A stretch of DNA of 63,197 bases, filler included, from Neoconidiobolus thromboides FSU 785 (taxonomy: Eukaryota > Fungi > Entomophthoromycota), in the NCBI GenBank assembly GCA_025603075.1. It is 6 parts of 6 records of this genome, joined end to end, with 100 filler letters (N's around TTAATTAATTAA, not from the genome) between each part and the next. Parts side by side here need not be neighbours in the genome. Positions count along the whole stretch, not along the records: positions 1 to 28,986 come from MU626494.1; 5 more parts are not named here. One strand, given 5' to 3'. Of the stretch, positions 11,530-23,669 are shown piece after piece. Each line of letters opens with the position of its first letter. Position 1 is the first letter of the stretch. The translations under genes and the position numbers were made by a program. Below the pieces are notes generated by a model, which worked only from the letters and a program-made list of their open reading frames with translations, ran no database searches and was not told where the DNA came from.

Positions 11530-12552
11530 ATGCCCTACTCAGTACTAGCAGTGGAACTCATTGCTTCAATCATCTGTATTTTAGCCATTGCATTTAATTG
11601 CTTATCTATTTACTTAGTCCTCTCTATTAAAAGAACTGACAACCTAAACACTGGATTAAGCTTGATTTTACTCGTGGCTTGCTATGACTTAATAGGCCCA
11701 ACAATAGGTATCATTCAAGAGACAGTAATAAGTGCAACAGGCAATAACTTTTTAACAACAAGTTCATTATGTCAACTCGTTGGAATTATTGAGTCTTTAA
11801 CACCATTTATATCTACAGGTGCTGTAGCTTTACTTTCAATAGAAAGATATTTATACATTTTTCAAATCATTGTTCCTCGTTTTACAATGCTCTTAATGAC
11901 CGCTGGGCACTTTCTTTTAGGCTTATTGCTATCTAGCTTAGCTTCTATTGGGGAAAATTATCACCTAGCTACTTCACGAATGATATGTATGGTAGAGCCT
12001 AATGGTGGCGTTTTTGGACGGATTTGGTTTTATTCACTATTGGTTTTTTTAATTTTACATACAATAATTATTATCTTTTGTTACACAAAGATTTTAATGT
12101 TAAGAAAAGTCTTGAATTGTTCTGTACAGGTACCTGTTGCTATTAGTACCATTAATCCTAAGAACAATAAAAGTGACAATAAACAAAATTTTATTACTAA
12201 TCACTTCAACAAGATAAGAGATCCTTCGAACAATAAGGATGCGTTTACACTCATCGAAGAAGATAAAAAAATAATTGAGTACAAGCCAGATCGTTTCCTC
12301 ATCAAAGCCATCCTATTGATGTCTAGCTATTTAATTTGTATTATTCCTGGTCTTGCGATTTTTATCCATCATACTATCATAGTTAATGTCTATGATGATC
12401 CTTCTCCATTATCACCAACTTTATCTGCTGTTATGTTTCTACCTTTGTTTTCGATATCGCTCGTAAACCCCATTTTACTTATTTCTTTACATTCCAAAGT
12501 ATCTGATCGTCTATCTGAGTTGTTGGGTAAGGTTTTTAGTTCCTTCAGATAA
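11530..12552 (+). CDS. class A (rhodopsin-like) 7TM receptor, paralog 3
   Basis: Same motifs; long tracts nearly identical to paralog 2. Confidence 0.85.
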   Translation: MPYSVLAVELIASIICILAIAFNCLSIYLVLSIKRTDNLNTGLSLILLVACYDLIGPTIGIIQETVISATGNNFLTTSSLCQLVGIIESLTPFISTGAVALLSIERYLYIFQIIVPRFTMLLMTAGHFLLGLLLSSLASIGENYHLATSRMICMVEPNGGVFGRIWFYSLLVFLILHTIIIIFCYTKILMLRKVLNCSVQVPVAISTINPKNNKSDNKQNFITNHFNKIRDPSNNKDAFTLIEEDKKIIEYKPDRFLIKAILLMSSYLICIIPGLAIFIHHTIIVNVYDDPSPLSPTLSAVMFLPLFSISLVNPILLISLHSKVSDRLSELLGKVFSSFR

Positions 12553-13467
12553 GGTTTTTTGTCAATTTGTGAATATAGAAGTTAGCTTTTTTCTTTTCTT
12601 TGCTTCTTTTTATTCTCGTTTATATGAAGTTGCTTTCATAAGCTGTCTCATTTGTTGTTTATTAAATGATTATCAAATTTTGTTACATTATTGACAATGT
12701 AGACTTTTGAGTTTTAAATAGTAAAATTATAAAATCGCAATCAAACTTTGGTGAGTTTTTTAAAATCGAATTAAAAACTTAATAAAATGAAACAAATCAT
12801 ACTCTTTAGTAAAGTTGATTCCCTTAGTGAGCTTTAGATCCCCTTCACTAAAAAGAGTAAAAAAGTATAAAGTAATAAACATTTATAGCATGTTAAGCTT
12901 TAGTTTTCATAAAAATATAAAATGATTGGAAGTTTATTTTCAAAGAAGCTTAGTTCAATATGTTTAAAGAATAGCTGGAAAAAAATAATAATAATAAAAA
13001 TAGTGTCTAAATATAAATCACTTTCCCATGTAACGCTATAAAAAAGCTATTATTTTGACCTTAACTTATTTAAAGTATTATTCTTTACATGTGTTATATT
13101 TCTTTTATGGCCTAATTAACCCCTCATTCGAAAAAGCTTGTCTATGTTTAAAATTTTAAAAATTAAGCTTTAGAAATTAAGCTGTACACATGATTTAACT
13201 ATAAAAACGATCACTAAAAAATCCGCAAAAGAACTGCAACAGTTGTAATTTATTGACTGGTATCTAGATTTCGATCCACTTATTCCAAAGGGTTTTATGG
13301 AAAGTCAATTGTATCCAATAAAAACAATCATAACTTAAACCAGCTATTTTAATTAGCTTTTAGAGAATCCAAGAATATTAAATAATCAAAAACTCTATCA
13401 ACAAAAGTGAATAAAACATGGCAGTAACTCAAAAAATACATTATTATTAGTTTATTTTATTTAATCT

Positions 13468-14484
13468 ATGGCCTACTCAACCTTGCCAGTTGAAATATTG
13501 TGTTTGACAATATGTATACTCTCATTGATTATTAACAGCATAGCCATCACAATTGTAGTTTATTTAAAAAAACAATCCAAGCTTACCAACGGCTTAAATT
13601 TGATCTTATTAGTCTCAAGCTATGATCTGATAGCACCTGTGGTAGGTTTAGCGCAAGGAATAAGTTCAAGAGTCATAGGCTTCAATATTTTGGAGATTGA
13701 GTATTTATGCCAGATTATTGGTATCCTTGAATCGTTAGTGCCTTTTCTTTCTACTGGTGCAGTCACCTTTTTATCATTGGAGAGATATTTTTTTATTTTA
13801 CAGATTATTATTCCAAAATCAGTTACCATTGCAGTCACTAGTTTGCATTTTGCTATTGGAATAACCCTGGCCGTACTGGCTTCAGTTCATGAAGAGTATA
13901 CTATGGCCAGCTCAAGGATGATATGTATGGTAAGACCAAGCAGTGGTATCTTTGGTAGAATATGGTTTTACAGTTTATTGATATTTTTAATTTTACATAC
14001 AATCATTATCGTCTTTTGCTATATCAAAATTATCACTTTAAGGAGACTGGTAAGTAAGACAATTAAAATACCTATTGAATCAATAGCCACCTCTAATCAA
14101 AGTCAAAATCATACCACGGAAAATTTTATTACCAAACATTTTAATGGAATACCAACTACTATGTCAGAGAATAGTGAAGAAACAGCGATACCTCCACAAA
14201 GCTTCATTAGTTTTAAACCAGATCGATTTGTTATTAAAGCGATGATACTGATGATAAGCTATCTGATTTGCTTACTACCTAGCATTGTCATTTTAATTTA
14301 TCAGGCAGCGAGGTTCAATATGTACGGAAGTATTCATGTAGGGCCTTTGCTGTCGAATTTGATGTTTTTGCCACTATTTTCTTTATCCGTGATCAATCCT
14401 ATCTTATTAATCTCACTACATACAAAGGTTTCTAACCAGTTGAGCCTCTGTTTGGATGGCTTGTTTGGATGTTTTAAGTTTTAA
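13468..14484 (+). CDS. class A (rhodopsin-like) 7TM receptor, paralog 4 (most diverged)
   Basis: LCQ, SLERY, MICMV, KPDRFVIKA and NPILL are conserved with the other three. Confidence 0.85.
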   Translation: MAYSTLPVEILCLTICILSLIINSIAITIVVYLKKQSKLTNGLNLILLVSSYDLIAPVVGLAQGISSRVIGFNILEIEYLCQIIGILESLVPFLSTGAVTFLSLERYFFILQIIIPKSVTIAVTSLHFAIGITLAVLASVHEEYTMASSRMICMVRPSSGIFGRIWFYSLLIFLILHTIIIVFCYIKIITLRRLVSKTIKIPIESIATSNQSQNHTTENFITKHFNGIPTTMSENSEETAIPPQSFISFKPDRFVIKAMILMISYLICLLPSIVILIYQAARFNMYGSIHVGPLLSNLMFLPLFSLSVINPILLISLHTKVSNQLSLCLDGLFGCFKF

Positions 14485-16925
14485 GTTTTTTCGTGTTAAA
14501 ATATAATATATAATAGTGTGTTTTTAATTGATATTATGGTTTATATATCTATTTGATTTGATTTGATTTTGCGGTTAATTTTTAACGGTAACTTGTTTCA
14601 ATTAAAATTGAGAAAATTACTGTATCCATTAGATTGTTTCCATACTTAGAGACCCTTTGTATTAATAAAATTAGTAACTAAATAACTTTAAAAATGTCTG
14701 CAAATGTTTGTAATCCATAAAACAGTAGGGCTTTTAATACCCCATGGTTCCTAGGGTGGCAAGTTGTGTATAAGTGAAAGGACTGTTTGCTACATTGTAA
14801 TAGTTTTAATTAAGAAACAACTTATCAACTTGATGTTTATTTTAAAAAGAACTCATGAGCTCCAAATCTAGATTTCTGCTTGCACCTATTAATGATAGCT
14901 TCTTATATTCTTGAAAATAACTATTACAATAAAGGTGATATTTATCCTGTAAGGTAGCATTAATATATACAACAAAGTCCAAGGATACCCACCTGATATA
15001 ATTGAACCAAACGTAATATTACTATTTTGAATAAATTTATACGAGAATAATATCAAATTTTCAGAAGAAATAATAGCTGATAATTAGTGAAAGAATTACG
15101 AGATATAAACCAAGTCAGAATAGTCTCATAGTGATGATATCGAAGGTAGGTCTACCTGCAATTTATAAAGCAAAGTAAACAAAATAAACTGTTAATTTTC
15201 ATCACACAGTTGGAATTTTTTACTGTTTATTACTTTAAGCGTATCTTTATTAAATGGGATGTTATTTGAAAGCTATGTTTTATCTTCGCTATGGTTACTT
15301 TTGTTTTGAATGATATGAAGTTGATTGAATGAAGTTGAGTTATTATGATTAATAACTTGGTTAAAAGATAGAAGTTTAAATATTACTTCCTTTCCATCTT
15401 TATTAATTACATCACATAATAGACTATTGCTATTAATTTTTAAAATCTGATATATATAGATGAACTCTTAAATCAATTGTCTTATACCATGAGTATGAAT
15501 TTGTAATCTAGCTCTTCAATCAAAGAATGATGAAATTCACCATTGATGATCATATTTAATACCAAAACTAATTTTGTTAAGTTGTAATTTCATTAAAATA
15601 AAGCCATACACCTTTTCATCATAAAGTTTATAAAGCTTTCTTGCAGTATAATTTAATACCTTTAGATTATAAAAATCCGTGTTAAATTGGGTGTGTCCTT
15701 TAGAATAACAAATATTTTTACTAGAAAACCAAGTTTCTCTAGCTCATTATTGATCGTAAAGTAGCTTATTACTCTATCGAAATGAGATAATGGGCTTTTG
15801 TCATTGTATTATGCAGTGCTTTAAGTTAAAAAGATATATTCTCTGATGTATGCGTCTGATAATTGGATCTGAAAACTCACTTCCTATTAAAGCAGCAATT
15901 AAAATAAGCCATAATGAACTGATGTTTAACTATTTTGCTATAGCTTATAAAATAATGATTTTTGTTTAGTAATATTACCCAAGTATAAAAAGATCATAAA
16001 GTTGGAGCCGTTGCTTAGGATTCTATAGACTTCTTAATTTACCAATATAGTCATATGCTGATTCATATCACTAAAAGGATAGACAATTGTTTGATTGTGT
16101 TTTTTTAGCAAGCTGGTAAGCCCTGATATTGAAAACATAGGTATAAATATGTTCCAATAATATTTTTTTTTGAATTTCTTTCTTCTGATATTTTAGTATA
16201 GTTAGCTACTTTTTCAATACATCTCATTTTATTATTTAATTTGTTTATCGATGATTTAGGCTTCAATGGGCTGATTGGGTCTTTAAATAAGGATATAATA
16301 GAATCTGGAGACATGTGACTAACATAGGAAAGGAAAGGGGGATAAAGACATTTATATATCTTTTTAATAAGCCACAGCCCCTACCGCAATTATGATCAAG
16401 ATGATTTTGATAGATATAGTAAACTAAAGTATATCTATTGATCAAAAATTTACCATTCTTGTTTCTGAAGGTTAGTTTCAACTCTTTGGGTATAAAATTG
16501 GCCTTCTTTAAATAAGTGATTAGCCCGAATACTACCATTGTTCTTATTAAAATATAAAAGTTTAGCTCTATCTGCCTATAGCGATTTTGTTAAGCCTAAA
16601 TCACATTTAATAATCATTGCTTTAACATGATTCAAATCATCACTAGTAAATTTAACCAAAATTTAATTGACGAGCAACTAGTACAGATTAAATTTATAGT
16701 TTTTTTATAACATATAACTTTGAATCAAGCCTTTATATTTTTTTACAAAGAACATTAGGGATTCGAAAAATATAATCTTAAAAAACTGCAAATTGTCGAA
16801 AAAACTCATACAAACTGCTATTAATCCAATCCAATGATAATCAAGATCTAAGATTAGAAACTCAAAATCCAAAATCCAAAATCCACAAAAAATAACCTTG
16901 AAAAATAAAAATTTCACTTTTTAGA

Positions 16926-18897
16926 ATGTTTTATAAACAAGCAGCAACCCAATTAACAAAAGGAGGTCTACTTTCAAAAAAGAGCCAGGATGGAGCAATC
17001 AAAATCATACCAAAAATTCATCTCATAATATCATCTAAATTGACCCATTCAGAAGCAGATAGAATAATTAAAAAGAAAGAAGGATCAGAAAAAGGAGTCA
17101 GTACAAAAAAGAGTAACAAAATTGTATTCAATAATAAAAACCCATCGTTACAAGACTTTATATTGGCTTCTCAAAAGAAGGATGGATTGCCTAATGATTT
17201 AAGTAAAATATCACCTATTGAAGTGCCTTATTTAGCGAACGCTTATCATCTCAATGCCAGTTCTGAAATGAAATATTTTACGGAAGTCTATGGCTGTCAG
17301 GTAAATAAAACACAATTTTAATATGTAGTTTATTAAATCAATCAGATGAATGTATCCGATGCCGAAATTCTTACAGCAGTAATGGACAAAGCAGGGTATA
17401 AACAAACATCAGATATTAATGAAGCGGATGTTGTGTTTTTAGTTACAGTAAGTTTTTGTTGGATTTAGTTACCAAAACATGTATAATAATGGTTATTTAG
17501 TGCTCGATAAGGGATGCAGCTGAACAAAAGATATGGCATCGACTTAAACAACTTAAGAAAATGAAAAGGTCTCATCATCCGCAAAAATTACCACCAACTA
17601 TAGGTGTATTAGGGGTAACTATCTAGGTTTCAATTTTAAATGATAAATTAAACAAGTTTAATAGTGTATGGCTGAGCGCTTAAAGGACAAATTATTGGAC
17701 GAAAAAAAATTAGTGGATTTAGTATGTGGGCCCGATGCTTATAGATCAATACCAAATCTACTAAATATACACCAAACATCAACACAAGGAGTAGCTAATG
17801 TCATACTTTCAGCAGATGAAACCTATGCTGATATAGTACCTATTCGTAGAGATGAAAAGAGCCCTTCAGTATTTGTATCGATCATGCGAGGTTGTAATAA
17901 CATGTGTAGTTATTGTATCGTACCGTTTACAAGGGGAATCGAGCGTAGTAGGCCAGTAAGTTCAATAGTTCAAGAAGTTCGTAGATTAAGTGATCAAGGG
18001 GTTAAAGAGATTGTTTTATTGGGTCAGAATGTCAACTCATATAGAGATACATCTGAAATAACTAGCTTTTCGTCAGATGGAACAAGTTCTAAGTTATCTA
18101 ATGAAGGGTTTAAGACAATTTATAAACGTAAAGAAGGGGGTATTAGATTTGCAGAGCTTATTGAAAAGGTGGCTCAAGTAGATCCAGAGATGCGAATTCG
18201 ATTTACTTCCCCACATCCAAAAGATTTCCCAGACACTTTATTGCACGTTATCAGAGAGAATCCAAATGTATGTAATAGTCTCCATTTACCAGCACAATCA
18301 GGAAATAGTGAAATTTTGGAAAAAATGCGACGAGGATATACGCGAGAAGCTTACCTTCAGTTGATTGATCGAGTAAGGGAATTGATACCCCAGGTTTCTA
18401 TTTCTTCAGATTTCATCACTGGTTTTTGCGGTGAAACAGAAGAGCAACATAAAGACACAGTAAGTTTAATGGAGATTGTGGGCTTTGATATGGCATATAT
18501 GTTTGCTTATTCTTTAAGAGAAGGCACCCATGCACATAGGCGCTTCAAAGATGATGTACCTAAAGATGTCAAAAAAGCAAGGCTTCAAGAGATTATAGCC
18601 ATGTTTCAAACAAGAGCTAAAGACCGATTACAAGCGCTCGTTGGTAAGCCTCAGCTTGTACTTATTGATGGTGTTCCACATCAAAAACATGTTGATGTTG
18701 GTAAGGTGCTTGCTGGAAGAACAGATGGTAATCATAGAGCGTTTTTAAAGTTAGACCCGGCCGTCGATCAATCACTTTATAATTTGAAGGTTGGAGATTA
18801 TGTTGCTTTCATGCCTACTTCTGCTTCTTCAACCTCAATTACTGGGGTGCCTATGGAGCATACTACTTTACAAAAGTTTTATAGAACATATAATTAG
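16926..18897 (+). CDS. CDK5RAP1: mitochondrial tRNA 2-methylthiotransferase (MiaB/CDK5RAP1 family), 4 exons
   Basis: Splicing introns 17301-17345, 17448-17500 and 17615-17664 restores the UPF0004 motifs YGCQ|MN, VT|CSIR and LG|CMAER. Radical-SAM CxxxCxxC (CNNMCSYC), RFTSPHP, LHLPAQSG, DFITGFCGET; TRAM-like C-terminus. Confidence 0.93.
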
Positions 18898-19177
18898 TTA
18901 TAGATTGATAGAATGGTTTAATTTATTAATAAACTTTAAAATTTATTATATTGGGCTGTTTGAATCAGGTTTTTTCACTTTTATGAGATCAAGTTTAGAT
19001 AAAATAGGCGATAGTAAATTAAAAATATTCACATGTCAGTATAGTCAAATAAACATTATTTTAGAAATTATACTTTATAGTTAAAACTTAATAAAAATAG
19101 ATTAATTAAACGAATGAAACTAAAGTATAATATAATTTTATTTATAAAAAATCAACTGCGAAAAGCTTTAAAATAAC

Positions 19178-20587
19178 TTAATCTTTAACTAGCAATGCGC
19201 CTGCGCATGGTGGAGCTGGATTGTTTCCTGGCCAGTCACAAATAGCATTACCACCCGAAATAGCGCACACTGTTCCATCTGGACATGCCCTTACAACCCA
19301 TTTACCAGCATCACAGTTGGCAAAATTCTTTCCATTACAGGCTACGCCACCACTACTACATGGCTGCCCAGCTACTGGACAAGTACCAGTTGGTAATGGA
19401 CCACTAGTGGAAGTGGTTGAAGTTTTTGTAATTGAAGTTTTTGTAGTTGAAGTAGAAGCGGAACTAGTTGAAGTAGAAGCGGAACTAGTTGAAGTAATAG
19501 TTGAAGTAATAGTTGAAGTAGTAGAAATAGTAGTAGAAGTAGTAGAAGTAGTAGAAGTAGTAGAAGTAGTAACCGGAGGACTTCCACAGTTTCCGGTTTT
19601 GTTCAAAAAGTCTTTAATAATTTGACCATAAGTTTTACCACCAATGACATTGTTTTCAGATTGGGAAGCGTCCCACATCATAACACCAGCAAAAGTGTTA
19701 TTAGATTTTAAATCAGTTATAATCTTTTGTAGGCTATCAGTTGATATATAGCCGGTTCCAGCTGCTGTTGGAGAGGCTGGCACACCAAGGATAAGCTTAA
19801 TGTTCTTATTAAAAGATTTAGTGTGTACCCATTTATCCCAATCACCCCAATTCCAAGCCCATTGATTTCCATAGTTTTGTACACCACACCAGTTATTATA
19901 AAATTGGATATTGATAAAGTCAATGTAAGAAGTTTCCATAATTGTTTGTAAGTTACCATCAGGGAAAACACATTGTGGAGCAGCGGATACATAATATTTT
20001 TTAGAAGGGTCACTTTTATAGTAAGTTTGAAGTTTACTCAAAAACACATCGTAGTAAGCTTGAGATCCACCTTCTAAATCTAAATCAATACCATCCACCT
20101 GGGCATCATCAAAAGGACGGAATTTATGGGTACCTTTCATAAACATATTCCAAATGGTATCAGCAAACTGCGAAGCAGCAGCTGATGAACCAAAACCTGT
20201 TCTGGCAATTGCACCACCCAGACTTAAAATAATTTTCTTGCCTTTGGATTGACAGTACTTAATATCTTGACCAATCTTAGGACAGTGTCTTAATTTGCTT
20301 GCTGCTGGATCAGTAAAAAAGTCTTCACAATGGCTAGAGAAATTAATTTCTGGGAGATCAGTACCGGCATTAAAATTATTCAAAAATGACAAGTTGATCA
20401 CATCCATATAGCCATCATCACAGTATTTAGCTAAGTCTTTCTCCCAAAGTTCTGGGTTATTTAAATGGGCACCACCATAACTATTTTGGCCCCAATAGAA
20501 GACTTGGTTGTTATTACAGTTCAAGTCGAAACCAAAGGTAGTAGTAATTAATGTAGAGAGTAAAGCTAAACTAGCAGTCTTAATCAT
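19178..20587 (-). CDS. secreted GH18 class III (CTS1-like) chitinase with Ser/Thr linker and Cys-rich C-terminal chitin-binding module (CBM19-like)
   Basis: Signal peptide from the second Met (MIKTASLALL), YWGQNS, KKIILSLGGA, catalytic DGIDLDLE, APQC, IQFYNN, GVMMWDA, Thr/Ser stalk, six-Cys tail. Confidence 0.93.
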   Translation of the reverse strand: MIKTASLALLSTLITTTFGFDLNCNNNQVFYWGQNSYGGAHLNNPELWEKDLAKYCDDGYMDVINLSFLNNFNAGTDLPEINFSSHCEDFFTDPAASKLRHCPKIGQDIKYCQSKGKKIILSLGGAIARTGFGSSAAASQFADTIWNMFMKGTHKFRPFDDAQVDGIDLDLEGGSQAYYDVFLSKLQTYYKSDPSKKYYVSAAPQCVFPDGNLQTIMETSYIDFINIQFYNNWCGVQNYGNQWAWNWGDWDKWVHTKSFNKNIKLILGVPASPTAAGTGYISTDSLQKIITDLKSNNTFAGVMMWDASQSENNVIGGKTYGQIIKDFLNKTGNCGSPPVTTSTTSTTSTTSTTISTTSTITSTITSTSSASTSTSSASTSTTKTSITKTSTTSTSGPLPTGTCPVAGQPCSSGGVACNGKNFANCDAGKWVVRACPDGTVCAISGGNAICDWPGNNPAPPCAGALLVKD

Positions 20588-21420
20588 ATTTATAAATATC
20601 GATTTTTGATATTTCATTACAACTGCTTGAGTGGTTTATATACTTTTTTGATTTCGCGTATTATAAAAAGGACATTACCCTATTTATGGATAAGACTTAA
20701 GTATGACACTGCTAACAAATAACGAGATCCAGGAGTTAGTGTAGAATTGTCTTTTGACATATCATTTTTCGAATTTTAATAAATGGTTTAGTCATAAGAT
20801 CTTTATGCTTTATGCTTTATGTGATAGTTTTATTATTATTTGCAGCTTAACTGAAATATCTTTTATTCTGTGTATTAATTAAAATCACTTGTTCTTATTA
20901 TTATCATAAGGATCTAAATAAAATCGCAATTACTCCCTTTATAGAAACAATAATATAAATTTGGTGAATGTTGATGGTAAGTTTAAACCTTACATTTAAT
21001 TTAATTTAATTGTACGCCTGAACCTATTGTTTATTTAATATTAATACGGATAAACATACTAATAAAGCCTGGTTTTATTTTATGAAGTATAGAATAAATC
21101 TTATTATACCCTAAAATATTAAAAGGTAAATCATTAAATTGAATTTAAATTTAAAGGAGAAGTAAATAGACTTATAAATTAAATTAGTATAACATTTGGC
21201 TTGAAGTTATGTAAAAAGGTTATATTTATCCTTTTAGTTATTTAAGCAAACTTTATTCTGCATCCATTTTTGAACTTTGTTTTATCATTAGTTCATAGTA
21301 TTACCATTTTATTTAAATATAAGATTCTATTCAGCAGCAAAAAATAGTATTTGGTGCATAATGTAAAATTTCACATAAGCTTGAATTATAAAGTTTTTTT
21401 AATATTTAAATTTTATATTA

Positions 21421-21527
21421 AATGGGAGTGTTTTTTTTGATTTCATTATTTTTTCCATTTTTTAAGCACTATTTGAGTGGAAAGATTGTTAGTAAAATTC
21501 TTAAACACAAAAAAACACCCCCAAATA
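21421..21527 (-). mobile_element. MITE family A copy
   Basis: ATGGGAGTGTTTTTTTTG...GCACTATTTGAGTGG...CACCCCCAAATAT. Confidence 0.8.
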
Positions 21528-22197
21528 TATAAGTTAGCTTTATGATGATTTTTAAAAATACAATTTTTATGTTTTATTATATTAAAGTAACTTAGAAATT
21601 TCAATCATGGTAAAAGTTTTAATAATATCTATACCAGTAACCTATTTAAAATTATTTATTTTATATAAAAAAATTAAACATAAATACTTTATTTTTAAAT
21701 TGAATAATTATAGGATTATAAATTCTTCAATTATTAAATTAAACAACACTGAAAAGAGGAGAACGTTAAGAATACAATGAAGATAGTACTACTATCAACT
21801 ATTTGATGACGATACTTTGTCATCAGTATCTCATAGATAACATATATAATATTAGAGTAAAAATTGTTTGTTACATTGCTACACGTTGAAAATAAATCCA
21901 AAATAAGGATATTTGAAGAAATAAAGCCCGGTGTTTAGTATAGAACTATATAAGCCTTTCAACTGATATAATTTTTATATGCTATACTGTCTATTAATAT
22001 CATCTCTTTATCATTTATTGATTAAAGTAAAACACTAGTGATTTAAATTTAAGGATTTTTTAAATAATATGTTGTTAAATATTTAGCTTTTATAATATTG
22101 TTTAAAGCAATAAACAAAAGCCCCTAATACATTAGAACTACTATAGCTTTTAAGCTTTCTAGGTATAAAAAATAGTTTGATTGAGATATGGTTTAAC

Positions 22198-22304
22198 ATG
22201 TGGGAGTGTTTTTTTCGGCTTCATTATTCTTTCCATCTTTTAAGCGCTATTCGAGTGGAAAACTTGTTAGTAAAATTCTTAAACAAAAAAATATATCCCC
22301 ATGT
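22198..22304 (-). mobile_element. MITE family A copy
   Basis: ATGTGGGAGTGTTTTTTTCGGCTTC...GCGCTATTCGAGTGG...ATATCCCCATGT. Confidence 0.85.
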
Positions 22305-22559
22305 ATAAAAGTCTATTATATTTTATTACCATGTTTTATAAAAGTTTCATTTTATTTTGACTTATTATATTATTTTAAAAATCTATTGTGTAATATAAGA
22401 TAATGTGTATAAATACTTTTTCTTTCTTTGAATTTCATTTAGATATACAATAAATTATAGCTTTTAACTTCAGTTTACATCTACTACATCCTGTAGCAGA
22501 GCTTTTATAAATGATCATACTTTTATAATATCATTAATAGCCCTCCTCTTTAACACTCA

Positions 22560-23297
22560 AATTCCTTTATATTATAGAACAGCGGCATTGCTATATTTTT
22601 TATTAATGTTTTTTCCTTTATTTTTTCAATCTACTATTGATATTACTATGACTTAGATCATTCCCACCTATAGCTTTTATAAAACTTGGAATCAGATTTC
22701 AAGAGAGAATGCCCTCATCAGAGATATTTTTCAAATGTTGGTTCTGGGAATCTAATTTATTTGTTTTTATTATATTACTAAATAAGTATTAGGTAGATGA
22801 TACAGAAGAAAATTCACTTTTAATGGATGAAATTAGTACACAAAGAGCCAAAATATAAAAGATGTAGTTATTTCAATTAACATTAACTATGATTTAAACA
22901 GATTGTTTAGGTTTATACAAAACAAAAAAAAAGAGCTAGAAAGAGGAATTGAAATTGAAATTGATGAAGAAAGTAACACTATTTGAAATGAAAACGCTTA
23001 ATTTAGAGAATTTAGTCGTAGAGATGTCCCAATTCAATATTCCAAAGAAAGAAGGTGGGGATGATCGACTGTAAAGATGAACTGATTAACAAAAAAGAAA
23101 GAGTGTTTGAGATACTAATGGGGATTAAAAAGCTAAAAGAGAAGTTAAATAAAGAAAAAATTGAGATAAAAAACAGCAAAAAAATTATATTTCAGATTGA
23201 AGGTGCAGATAATTCAAGAAGGAACAAAGAGATTGAAGCAAATGTAAAAAAAGTAGACAAAACGTTAAATATTACCAAAAAAGAAAATAAGGCTTAA
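22560..23297 (+). pseudogene. probable degenerate member of the TM + coiled-coil family
   Basis: Hydrophobic 5' stretch, a short acidic exon-like block, then Lys/Glu-rich coding-like sequence with stops and frameshifts; similarity to the other copies is mostly compositional. Confidence 0.35.
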
Positions 23298-23324
23298 AAG
23301 AATGGAATAAAAATTGAATTAATC

Positions 23325-23430
23325 ATATGGGGATGTGTTTTTTGCTTAATAATTTTACTAACAATTTTTCCACTCGAATAGTACTTAAAAAATGGAAAAA
23401 GTTATGAAATCAAAAAAAACAGCCCCATAT
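23325..23430 (+). mobile_element. MITE family A copy
   Basis: ATATGGGGATGTG...CACTCGAATAGTAC...AAAAAAACAGCCCCATAT. Confidence 0.85.
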
Positions 23431-23669
23431 ATTTATAATTTTTAGCTTTAGTTTATTAAATATAATTTAGTTTTATATACTACCAAATAATTAAAGGAGC
23501 TTAATAGCCTCATAAAAACCAAAAGGAGTCTAAGTTTTGATGATAAATTATAAACAAAACAGTAGTCCAAAAATTATACCTTCTCTCATCGGTTTCTTCA
23601 ATCTCATCAACAAATGTGACTGTAAAATGTAAATCCTTTTGACTCCTATTTTTTATTTACCTTTCAGAA

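Noticed and set aside
4854-14484. GPCRs as opsins/photoreceptors
   Set aside because: The position six residues before the TM7 Asn (rhodopsin K296) is Phe in all four; there is no retinal-binding Lys.
16105-16538. Possible small spliced gene divergent from CDK5RAP1
   Set aside because: GT-AG pairs can be drawn, but the product is short and has no recognisable motif; unsupported without RNA data.
19221-20013. ORFs 19221+, 19372- and 19717-
   Set aside because: Antisense or alternate-frame shadows of the chitinase and its Thr/Ser linker.
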